Below are positions 53,251 to 64,000 of a stretch of DNA of 64,000 bases, piece after piece; position 1 is the first letter of the stretch; each line of letters starts with the position of its first letter. Position numbers and translations under genes: made by a program. This DNA comes from Octopus sinensis (Eukaryota): the NCBI RefSeq assembly GCF_006345805.1, contig NC_043006.1:58094001-58158000 (forward strand), in the 5' to 3' direction. The notes under the pieces were generated by a model. It was not told where the DNA came from and made no database searches. It worked only from the letters and a program-made list of their open reading frames with translations.

Positions 53251-54246
53251 GCACACACAAGTATTGATTCTTCAAGTATACAGTTGTATTTATAAAAATC
53301 ACAATTTGATCAAATAGCTAGGGTTTTATTTGGTAAAATATGCTTCACATCAATTTAATATGACTCTGATGTCAGATTATATCATATTTTGAGAAAGGAA
53401 TTCCACTGATCCCCATTCTAGAGAGACCTACAAGAACCGCTGACTCATGCGATCGATTCCTTCTTATTGATGTCCAAACATGGATTAGCAGGTTTGATTT
53501 GTTATTCGTTAAAAAAAGTGTGATGTATTGATGAAAATTATTCTGTAACTTAATTAATACAAATTACATGAATACTTTACACCACTACCCGATCTTTGAT
53601 TATCTCGAACTGGCAAAGTAGCTAGGAGTTGGCCACAAAGCCAGTGTCATCAGTTCCAATTCCTGGTACCCTGAGTTCAAATCTCACGAAAGTCAACTTT
53701 GCCTTTCGTTTTTTCCGAATCGAAAAATATCGGCGTGAATACCTTTGCAAGCATTTGTGCCAGGCCAGGTCTCTGGTTTAAGTATACGTTCCTCTCTCCT
53801 TCCTGCTAGTCTCAGAGCCTAAGAAAGAGTTGTGGGCACTACATTCCCTGCATGATAAAGGTTCTGTGCTCCTACAAGATAAAATACAGTAAGATGGCAA
53901 GAATTGTTAAATGTCAGAAAATAAATTAGAACTGGGAAGCTGTCGAAATGTTTTTAGTGTAATTTCGTAATCATCACCATAGTTAAACTGCTAGGTCAGG
54001 CCTATTCCAGAATTTACTTATAAATGGCTATTATACTGAATAAACTGCTATTATTTTTTACAGTTGAGTAAGCATGCAACATTTAAATTCCATGCTTATA
54101 TAAATATTGTAATAATTTAATTTTACACACACTTGCGCGCGCACACACACACACACACATATACACATAATGTGCGTTTGCATGTGCATGTGTGTGCATG
54201 TATATATATGTATGTATATAGATATGTAAAATCTCTCTCTCTCCCT

Positions 54247-54292
<46 letters not shown>

Positions 54293-55859
54293 CATAAAGC
54301 CCACAATTAGGTAAAAAGATTGACTACATCAAAAGTTGCTACAATGTTGCGGATACCAAATTATATATATAAACTGCATTTTAATCTCTCGTATTAGATA
54401 AATCTGATGTAAAATTGTGTCCATGGAACAACGTATTAAGAAATACCGCTGATAGAAAAACAGTCTTTCTAATTTATTTGGGATTTAATGTTGACATAAC
54501 TGAATTCAAGGTAAGCCATTTTCTCTTTCTTCATCGACATATTTGAATAAGCAGAATATATATCCTCGTCCAACATTTTTTTAAAATCTCGTTTAACATC
54601 AGTTGACAAGGAAAGATTTCTAAGAAAATTATGGCAAATATAGATCATGAAAGTATGATTTTCTTTGGCCTTATTATAAATGTTTGTACAAAGATTGTAA
54701 TATTTGTGTGCTATATACAAATAAGCTTTACTCGCGTTAAAAAATAATTTCTAGGGTTCAGTTTGAGTGGCAGCAGCAATACCTATGAACATTTTGTACG
54801 TCATCCGAGACTGGTAGTTGGAAAGGAGCAACATATAGGTTACCCTCAGATTGCAAACATACTTCAAAAACTTGCATTAGAGTGGAGGCCGCTAAAGACT
54901 TCCAAGCGCCAGGTGAACAGTTTAAATTGACAAATCAAGTATGCCACCCCTAAACAAAAACAGTCAACTTTCGGATTGCTGTCTTTTCAGCTTTCTCAAA
55001 ATCCTTGGCATGATCCGAAGTAATGTCAGAATATGCCTGTCCAAGTTACCTCGCATTAGATCGAACACAAAAACGACAGATTGTGAAGCAAACTGCTTAA
55101 CAACACAGCCAAGTCGTGTAAATGTGTGCAAGGGACTTGTTAGAAGAGATGTATGGACATACATATGTCGGATATTCTGGGATGAATGTTTGAAATCAGG
55201 CAAAATCCCGACCGGTGGACACGCATCAAGAGGCTGTCTTTTTAGGTGACACAAACTTTTGGTAGTATGTCCGATCCTTGTTCGAGCACTAGGTTTCAAG
55301 AAACACAATCTAGGTATTTACTTCCAAGTGAATTTTTTATAATAATGGAGCAGTGGTCAACAGTTACTCATGAATCATGTATCACAAACTACGCCATCAA
55401 GCACACACACTCAAACTGTCGATTAATTCTATAAAAAACCCTTCAAACATTTTTCTGTTTAATGCTAAACAAAATAAATAATAAATGACAATTATACAGA
55501 GAAGGTTAAAGATGTTAATAGGTGGAGTAGCTTAGAAGAGATACTAGAACAGACGAGTGTATTGTATGAATTGTATGTAGCTTACTGGCAAAATAGCAGA
55601 AACGAAAGTATATGAACAGTTCTGATCCACTATGCACAATATATCAACACCCATAAACTTCAATTCAGTTAGACCACCTCCTGCTAACAAAGAAATAGGA
55701 CCTTTTTCTTCACTAAAACACAATCTTAACTTTAGTCTCTAACCCATCATTACTTTTGAAGCCACTCTCTATATTCCAACTTCTTTCATATAGTCGATAT
55801 CCAGTTTCCCTTTCGCATACATTTCAGAAACAAAGGCTTCAAGATCTTTCCTCAGCTCA

Positions 55860-56100
55860 ATTATTCAGCTCTTACCTTAGTATCGTTGTGCTTCCTAGCA
55901 ATCTAGTTTTCTGTAATAGTTCCTTTCGAAAGTCGACCCCAGACTTCATCCATGACTGACTTTTCTTCATAAAAGTACTCGGAGTGTCTATTATCCTCCA
56001 CATGTTTGTAAATTCTCTTTCCAAATCTTGGTATTTTACTATTTTGTTTTTACTCCCATACTTTCACATTTGTTAAGTTTATTCCATAGGTGATTATGTT
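55860..56100 (-). mobile_element. Decayed RLE-type (R4/Dong-like) LINE C-terminus
   Basis: Minus-strand SKYQDLEREFTNMW and ELLQKTRLLGSTTILR. Confidence 0.55.
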
Positions 56101-56181
56101 TCTAAAGTTATCTAATGACTGGGTATTGTATAATGTTAGATTCTGACATCTGTTTGTACTGTTTGTCTGTAGACTTATTTT

Positions 56182-56340
56182 AGGAGTGGTTGTGTGGTAA
56201 GTAGCTTGCTTACGAACCACATGGTTCCGGGTTCAGTCCCACTGCATGGCACCTTGGGCAAGTGTCTTCTACTATAGTCTCGGGCCGACCAAAGCCTTGT
56301 CAGTGGATTTGGTAGACGGAAACTGAAAGAAGCCCGTCGT
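56182..56340 (+). mobile_element. SINE family B tRNA-derived head
   Basis: A box TGGTTGTGTGG, B box GGTTCAGTCCC, followed by GCACCTTGGGCAAGTGTCTT. Confidence 0.85.
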
Positions 56341-56554
56341 ATATATGTATGTATATAATCTGAAATGTTGTGGATTCTCGGTTAGATTATTTTCTTACCT
56401 TTATGGGTTGGACTGATTTATGTTATTTTATTTCATGAAAGTAGATTTTAGGTGAACCGTATAAGTTACCTTGTTAATTTAACGATATAGATTAAATATG
56501 CTACGTGTATGTCAGATACCTTAATGCATTTGAAATTGTAAACTTTTTACAGGA

Positions 56555-56984
56555 ATGTATAAGCTCGCGATGCTGCAAGGCCTGAATCTTTCCCGAAAAT
56601 CTTCTGTTTTCATTACTGTGAATATTTTATCTTTGATATTGTTATACCTATATTACACCAAGGGGTATGACATGTTAAAAATTGATAGCTTTTGGAAATC
56701 AAGCGAAAGGAGCGACAGGATACCGTATAAAAAATTCCTGGTGACATTCCCTGCATTGCAAAACTTTAAACTTGAAGACAATATTGGTGGAGAATTTGGT
56801 CTATTTCCGCTTGCTGAAAACTATATTGCGCTGCTCAATATTTCAAACTTCAGTATTCCTAAAGCTTTCTTGCCTGCCATGACTGAACAAGAAAAATTGG
56901 TGTCTCTGTACGTTTTCCAACATTTTATCAATGGTTGTAACAAGAATAATATCTCTTTCTTCATCCAAGGTGGCACTTTGTTAG
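56555..56984 (+). CDS. LicD/fukutin-family phosphotransferase, coding exon 1 (N-terminal signal anchor and stem)
   Basis: Acceptor TTTTTACAG at 56544-56552 just before the ATG. Hydrophobic SVFITVNILSLILLYLYY. Ends FFIQGGTLL-G|GTAAGT (phase 1 donor). Confidence 0.88.
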
Positions 56985-57005
56985 GTAAGTAACACTTATG
57001 CATAA

Positions 57006-57043
<38 letters not shown>

Positions 57044-57089
57044 TTCACCTTGATGAAATACTTCTTACCAAAGACCAATTGGTATTTAT

Positions 57090-58560
57090 AAGATGTTGTT
57101 AGCTACAGTCACAGCATTTACTTACGACCATGTCATAGCTGAATACAAATATGAAACTTTGTACAACTAGAAAATTATTTATAGAAAAAAGAACATCGAT
57201 TACTCTAGATGACAATAACTAGGACTTTATTAAATTCATTTCTGACAATGTTTACTACTTCTAGAACACCATGCTCTATAACTTGGAGATAGTTGATGAC
57301 AGGGTGTTACTGAAGATAACAAAGGTATTGATGCCTAAACCTTGTTCTATTACTATAACATCGAAGACTGCGTCTGGCAAATTATTTACTCTGAGCAAGA
57401 CATTATTATCTACAATTAGGGTATGGTAGACTGCGACTAGAAAATCGTAATTGTAAACTATAGCTATTCTATCTGATATAGTGTTGGTTATAGAAACAGC
57501 ATAGTAGAATACAATTAGGACGTGGTTTATTGCGGTTAATAGAGTATCACTCATAACTAGAACATTGCTAACTACATGTAGGATATTGCAGAGAACGATT
57601 ATAATATTCTGGACAACTGCACTATCTATGGAACATTAACGACTACATCAAGAATATTGATGGCAACATAACTGCTTACAAACCAGTACATTATTGAATG
57701 TTGTTAGGACATCAATGACTACAGCAAAGATATTGGTTTCTAAAAGCTAAGGCATTCATAGTTACAGCTAGAATATTGACTGCAGATAAAATAAGACAAA
57801 GTCGACTACAGTTAGAATCTTTTCAACTGCGTCTAAAATATTCTTGTTGACTGATGACTTACTATGAAATATAGTTAAGACATTACGGTATCCAACAAGG
57901 ATTTTATTTTCCTGCTTGATTTATTTTGGTTACAGCTGTGACATTAGTCGTTGACAATGTCCTAGACAGAATGGGCTACTACTAAGTTTTTATTGTCTGC
58001 AGATTGGACTTTCTTGATTATAGCTACAGCGTTGCTGTCTACAGTAAGATACTATCCGTGGAGTATCGGTGCCTAGAGACATAGAATAACACTGACTGCA
58101 GCTATTTCATTGTTATTGACTACATCTTCAATGTAAAACACCCTAATCTAAAACAGTAGTGTCTACAGTTACAACGTTATTAACTACAGTTATGATATTA
58201 AAGAATATTAATGAATTCAGTTAGAACATTATTGACTATAGCTAGGACGTCGTTGACTACAGTTGGGATTTAGATGGTTATAGTAGAGACATAGATGACT
58301 CTAGATACAACATTGCTGAATATATTTGGAATTTGCTTGACTACGTCTTAAGCATTATTGACTACATCTACGATCTAGCTTGCTACCGTTATGATATTGA
58401 TGATTACAGTTGCATCGCTGTTGACTACATTTAGGATTTGGTTGACTGCAATTAAAATATTGCTACTAAAATATTGAACAAATAAATATACTTCAGCTGG
58501 CACACTGGAGCTTAAAGCTCAACCATTGTAGACTACAAGTAGGACAGTATGTTATAATCT
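57090..58560. repeat. Highly diverged 21-bp tandem array (consensus about GACTACAGCTAGAACATTATT)
   Basis: GACTAC-like motifs recur every 21 nt, for example at 58234, 58255, 58297, 58339, 58360, 58423 and 58444. Confidence 0.75.
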
Positions 58561-58794
58561 TTAATATGTTGGCTTATTGTAACGCCCACTACGGTATACA
58601 GTATACTTAGTAAAACCAGTAAAGACACAACTATCTCTGAGCACCTGCTACGTACCCTTTCTTTATTTTGGCACTCGAGGGGAGACTTTCAACAAATATT
58701 TAACAGGGTGACTTACGTCTAACAGTAACAATAAAAAAACACGACAAAATAAACTCCAGCTGATATAAACATCTCTCGCCGCCTGCTGCGTACT

Positions 58795-60360
58795 CGTTCT
58801 TTATTTTGGCACAACTTCCATTACACAGAGGGGACAGCACAAGGACAAACAGAACACCACAGTGGGGACAAAAACATAAAACGAATGAAAATGAAGATGT
58901 TATATAATAATGAAAGCGAAATGGCTGCATGAGCCCCAGTCTTATGCAGTATCATTTGAACGTTTAATTACACAGTTTACAATCGTTCTTTTTTCCTTTT
59001 GTTTTTTTTTCTTTCTAAATTAAACAATTTTACTTGCTTTCTTTTCCTTTTTTAATATTTCATAAAGGGTTCAATATATTTCAATTCTACCACTGGTGGC
59101 AATTCATCAAATTCCACCGTTACTCCTGGTGGATCAATTTCTCTTCCACATATCTTTCAGCCTGTTGTACTTCTCCTTATCGACAATGGCCTTCACGTTC
59201 TCTGTGGGCTGCTTCATCCTTATAATGGACTTAAGTTTCATTATTTTCCGCCCAGTTTCTTTATTTTTAGCATATGTCACAAAATTCCATCGATATTTTG
59301 TCGCCTTTCTTACTGGTTTTCCCTTCTCTTGCTCTATTCCTGGTACTTTTTCTTTTTCCTCCTCCACCCTGAACAGTTTCGCCATTTCACCCTCATACAG
59401 TTTTTCACCTAAATCCTTTTCCTCCACTAGTATAACCAGTGTTTTTGCTGCTGTTTCCTCCTTCTCAAGCTCCTCTTCAAGCTCCTTTTCACTCTCCTTG
59501 TCAACCATCTTCTCTCTTTCCTTCCTTCTGACTTTCTTCACAGCCTCTTTCTCTACCTCCTTTCACTTCTCTTTCTCACTACCGTGAATTCCTCCTCTGT
59601 TCTTGTCTCCTTTACCTCGACGTGTACCACTTGGTTCCACATTATCCTGCTCCACAGTCTGCTCTATCTATTGTTCCATTTCTCTCTGGGGGCACCGAGT
59701 CTTCATATGGCCTTTTTTCTCCACACAAGTAGCATATGGGAGGCCTTCCCTCCACCACCACTCTCAGCCTTATATTCCCGGATCCTCGGGCAGAACTGCT
59801 TCTTCTGCAATTCTGTTGAGGTCTTCTAAACTCGCTTGTATGGCCATCTCTATGACATACCCCCAATGGTTCAACATTTTGGTTCTCGTTGCCTGGTGTA
59901 TCTTGGCATCCTCCTCCATATTGAGCGTTGTGGCTGCCATCAGCCATGTTTCCTTTGTCGCTTTGACAACTCTCACCCAGGCAACACGCTTGCCACAGTA
60001 CGTCGCCAAAAGTACCCATTCTTCCGTTCTTATGGCTTCCGTGGAGTGCTTAGTCGCTTCGTCTTCCGTCGCGAAACGCACCTCCACTGTGTCATACCTC
60101 CTTCCACGTGTGATGAACGTGGTCAGTTTCTTGATGTCCTTCAAGCGATTCTCAGTGGCCTCAATTGTTGCTATTTCGATCTTCCTTGTTGATAACCTCA
60201 GAGTTTTGAAAATAACCGTTCTCTTGTTTGCACTGCTTGTGAATTCCTCAGGCGGCGTCGGTTTTAGCATGTTTCCCTCCTTTTTCAGTAGTTTCTCACA
60301 TCCTTTCGTGGTTTCTTGAATTTAGGATTTACGCCTGAAATTGCTAGACGCTGCCTTTCA
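58795..60360 (-). mobile_element. ORF1-only Tx1-type retroelement (HAL1-like) in the LicD intron
   Basis: Frameshifted ORF1 from ATG 60270: N-terminal domain, zinc knuckle CYLCGEK/GHMKTRC (CX2CX4HX4C after removing one extra A), then an E/K-rich C-terminus to 59134. The 3' UTR ends TGTCCCCTCTGTGT...AATAAAGAA. No RT sequence. Confidence 0.75.
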
Positions 60361-60523
60361 ATGTATTTTAACATAATTCAAATGTAGTAACAAAGATTTC
60401 TGTTTTAGAATTCAATTCACTTAGATAGGTTAAACATAAGCAGTACAAATATGTTTACTATGATTGCATCAGACTAAAACCTAAACAATAATAACCACAA
60501 CTGTGTTTTTTTTTTTTTTACAG

Positions 60524-61143
60524 GAGCCTATCGTCATCATGGCTATATACCGTGGGATGATGACATCGACGTCTACGTGGATCATGAAGACAAGCAAAAA
60601 TTATACAACTTGAGTTCTATGGGACAAGGTTTCAATATATGCAGCTACGAACATTTTCAGTGGAAATTTTACAATTCACATACACCTGCCCTATTAAATT
60701 ATAAATATCGATGGCCGTTTATCGATATATTTTTCTATCAAGTATCTAATGGTTTTGTCTATGACGTTACATACAAGTCAAGAAAGCGCAAATTTAACTA
60801 CCATGATGTATTTCCTTTAAAGGGTCTTGCTTTTGAAGGGGCTTTTTTACCTGCGCCGTGTAATGTTTTAAAAAGCATAAATTCTTGGAAAGGTGCGAAT
60901 CAAAGTTTCTGTTACTCAGGTTCCTATGCCCATAAAATAGAAAGCAGTAAAAAAAAATCCTACATAGAATCAATAGCATGTAATGATTTATATCCAGTAT
61001 ACCCGTTTGTTTTCCGTTCCTCCTCCAATAGTTCAAATGTGACTCAAGTTGAACAGTTAAAACTAGGCAACACAGTTTTGCATACACTGGTTGTAAATAG
61101 TAGTTGCTCATACAATTTTCGCAATTCAACGTTACGACTATAA
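60524..61143 (+). CDS. LicD/fukutin-family phosphotransferase, coding exon 2 (catalytic domain)
   Basis: Poly-T/ACAG acceptor at 60506-60523. Splicing restores [21 protein letters not shown]. Downstream WPFIDIFFY, DVFPL and FEG..LPAP motifs; stop TAA at 61141-61143. Total about 349 aa. Confidence 0.9.
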
Positions 61144-61171
61144 GAAAATCATTGTTATACACGCACATACA

Positions 61172-61241
<70 letters not shown>

Positions 61242-61347
61242 CGTAAATACACATGCTTATATACATAATTATATACTTATATATATATAGCTGTGTTGAT
61301 GCAAACCGGAAGAAACAGAACTCAAGATATAAGTATATGTATACTTT

Positions 61348-61462
61348 TATTAATATTTAGCAGAAGTAACAGAGTCGCTCAAGGTCCGTGAGATTCGTGG
61401 TACCAACGCACGAAACTCTCGGACCTTAAGTCACTCTGTTACTTCTGCTAAATATCAATAAT
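61348..61462. repeat. ~115-bp hairpin downstream of the LicD stop codon
   Basis: ATATTTAGCAGAAGTAACAGAGT..AAGGTCCG pairs with CGGACCTT..ACTCTGTTACTTCTGCTAAATAT. Confidence 0.85.
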
Positions 61463-61628
61463 AATAATGATATATATACATATATGTATGTACGTGCGTA
61501 TATATGTGTGTACGTACGAATATATGTATGTATGTATGTATGTATACGCACTCACAAATACATACACAGAGTTGGTAATGAAATTATTCCTATGTACATA
61601 CACAAAAACAGTCATATACATATAGAAA

Positions 61629-61678
<50 letters not shown>

Positions 61679-61968
61679 TGTGTGTTTATGTGTGTCATAT
61701 TAGACAAAAATGAGCTAAGAGAAATAACTCAGAGTGGCCAGAGGCTTGTACATGAATAACATAGACAAATACAGGTATATAAAATACCAAACAATATCAA
61801 TTTTTAATTTGTTAAAGTTATCTCAGCCTCTAGACGATGTGTCATAATAGCATAATGATAATTGAAACCAGTGCCATATGAGGAAGGGAGATAATCCAAA
61901 TCAAGACTTCTCCAAGATTGTCATTAAGGAAAAAGACTGGCTTATTGTCTGTAAATAAAAGGATAGCT

Positions 61969-62007
61969 GTGGATACGTTTTTCTGCCTCAATGAATGTCG
62001 TCAGCAC
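61969..62007 (-). ncRNA. Degenerate minimal hammerhead motif
   Basis: Minus strand GUG-CUGACGA-cauucauugaggca-GAAA-aacguaUC-CAC. Stems II and III are partly lost. Confidence 0.35.
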
Positions 62008-62039
62008 GATAACTGCCCTACCATACATACATACATACA

Positions 62040-62072
<33 letters not shown>

Positions 62073-62153
62073 GCATGCATACATACATAATTCAAATTTA
62101 CAGAAAATAAAAGACGAAGGCAGGTGTAGGAACAACCAGCAGATATATATATA

Positions 62154-62994
62154 CAAGAGTGAGTGAAATGTAAGTAGCCTTTAAAAATTGGTAATAAAAT
62201 CCATATTCTTTTTACAGATTTATTGAAACAAATGATACATGTTCTTTATTACATGGGGAAATGAAAGTAAATCTTCATATTTCAACCGGTGGTGTCAAGC
62301 AGCTCCCTCAAACGGCCGGGGATGGAATGAACAACCTTTTGAATGACGTCGTCTGGGATATCATTGAAAACCTCCTCCATCAGTGTCTCCAAGTCCTCCA
62401 GTGTGCGAAGTCTTGTCTTGTGCACCTCTTTTGTGTAAAAATCACATGGAGTGAAATCTGGACTTCTTGGAGTTCTGGACTTCTTCACTAACAGTCTTCG
62501 GGCTTTAACTCCTGCACATAATGGGGTTTCTACGGACGAAAATTCAATTCTTTATGCCACACCATACGTATTGAGTGTCATGTTAGTCCACTTTCACTAG
62601 CTGCTTGACGTTGATTTAATCGCAGGCTGCGATTAAACATTTCCTACACTGATGCCACTTTTTTTTGCATTGTTCACAGAGCTCGTGGTCATCAGTTTTG
62701 TACGACAAATTTTTATTGTGTCCGGACGTAGTGTTACATACTTACCTTTCCATGCACGCCATCATCTCTGAACCAAAACAATGGAATTCCACATTTCATA
62801 GCGTGCTGCTATCTTAGGTCACTCCTAAATATTCAAGCGACCGGCCATCTGGAAAATAAGAAATACGACAATAAGAAAATAAGAAATCCCCATTAGTGTT
62901 GTCTGTTTTTAAAAAAAGGTTTGCGTCATGACTTCAATGATACTAAAAATTCTATAAGCAATTTCTAATGCCTAGTTACTTTCCACCCACCCTG
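62154..62994 (-). mobile_element. Deleted Tc1/mariner-superfamily transposon
   Basis: TA-flanked TIR CAGGGTGGGTGGAAAGTAACTAG (diverged at the left end). ORF with PRSPDFTPCDF. Confidence 0.8.
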
Positions 62995-63035
<41 letters not shown>

Positions 63036-63489
63036 ACATATTAGGTATTGAAGCCATCCTCACCAAAATACAGCTTAGATGATCTCACGTACGATTGATA
63101 TCAGAATTTCGAAGCGACTTCTCTTTCGCCAATTCGCAATAGAAAGGTCAGTTGGAAGGCTACTCTTGCGCTACAGAGACAAACTAAAAGAAAATCTGAA
63201 GTGATGCAACACTCCGTTTGCCTCAAACAACCAAATGTTGAACAGTTATATAATAATAATAATAATATCAAAATTAAAAGAAGAGTGCCAATGTCATCTA
63301 GTAAACGATATTTCGATATTTTGTGTGTCTTCAATTGGTTCAAAAAGTAATTTTGTCAATCTACTTCATTTTAGTTAATATATAAAGGATTGAGGTAACT
63401 CCTCCAGAAGATATAGAGTCAAAATTGAAAGAAGAGTGCCATTGTTATCTAGTGAACTATATTTCGACATGGCACATTTATTGACTGGA

Positions 63490-63802
63490 ATACTTGCAGA
63501 GTCAATGTACGAACATCTGGGGAGTTAAGCAGTTGTGGTCGATGAAAAAAGTGGTAGTGGTACCAATAATTATCGGAGTCCTGGGAACAGTGAGTAAAAA
63601 TTTTGAGAAGTACATAGAACAAATAGGGGCTGCAATAAGGGTGGAGCACTTGCAAAAAACAGCACTGCTTAGAACCGCTCGAATACTCTGGAATGTGCTC
63701 GAAAAATAAGAGGTGTTACATTAGTTCACTGGCAGTCAACAGCTGACACCGTAGTGCATCTCCAGCGTTAGAAGCTGTACAAAGGCAATAATAATAATAA
63801 TG

Positions 63803-63857
<55 letters not shown>
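63490..63857 (+). mobile_element. R4/Dong-like (RLE) LINE 3' end with (TAA)n tail
   Basis: KQLWSMKKVVVVPIIIGVLGTV...LQKTALLRTARIL, a short 3' UTR and a long TAA repeat, as expected for Dong-type elements that target TAA microsatellites. Confidence 0.8.
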
Positions 63858-63860
<3 letters not shown>

Positions 63861-64000
63861 TTTTCTTATGGTTTCTTAAACATTCTCTAGAACATTATGT
63901 ACAAAACCAAATATATGGCACCCTATGCATAACACCAACATGAACTTCCAACTTGTCTCTTGAGGTCTCTGGGTGAGACTTGGAGCCAACACGTACAAAT

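Noticed and set aside
53040-54830. Candidate upstream 5' UTR exons for the LicD gene (AG...GT pairs near 53073 and 54755)
   Set aside because: Splice signals are weak and cannot be supported without transcripts.
57090-58560. 21-bp array as a CRISPR array, and CTGATGA...GAAA at about 57851 as a hammerhead
   Set aside because: There is no repeat/spacer alternation, and the motif has no pairing stem II.
59096-60319. Plus-strand ORFs of 163 and 238 aa inside the LicD intron
   Set aside because: Antisense shadows of the minus-strand ORF1, with no splice-compatible role in the LicD reading frame.

Overview
AT-rich, repeat-saturated eukaryotic genomic DNA. The SINE families and dense TA/CA/GATA microsatellites strongly suggest an octopod cephalopod (inference, not verified). 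Only one credible host gene is present: a LicD/fukutin-family (nucleotidyltransferase-fold) type II membrane protein of about 349 aa, with coding exons 56555-56984 and 60524-61143 (+). The rest is mobile DNA: tRNA-derived SINEs, Tx1/L1-, CR1- and R4/Dong-like LINE remnants, a Penelope GIY-YIG fragment, Helitrons, Tc1/mariner remnants and MITEs. The most striking unexplained signal is about 17 type I hammerhead ribozyme motifs from roughly a dozen sequence-unrelated families, some intact and some decayed. They sit in inverted, tandem or tRNA-promoter-headed non-coding elements resembling Penelope pLTRs or retrozymes. Also notable are an ORF1-only (HAL1-like) retroelement whose 3' tail is shared with the dominant SINE, a Helitron carrying a fragment of a related ORF1, and a strictly phased but diverged 21-bp array in the LicD intron. 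Most ORFs in the supplied track are microsatellite translation artefacts. All folds and alignments were done by eye.
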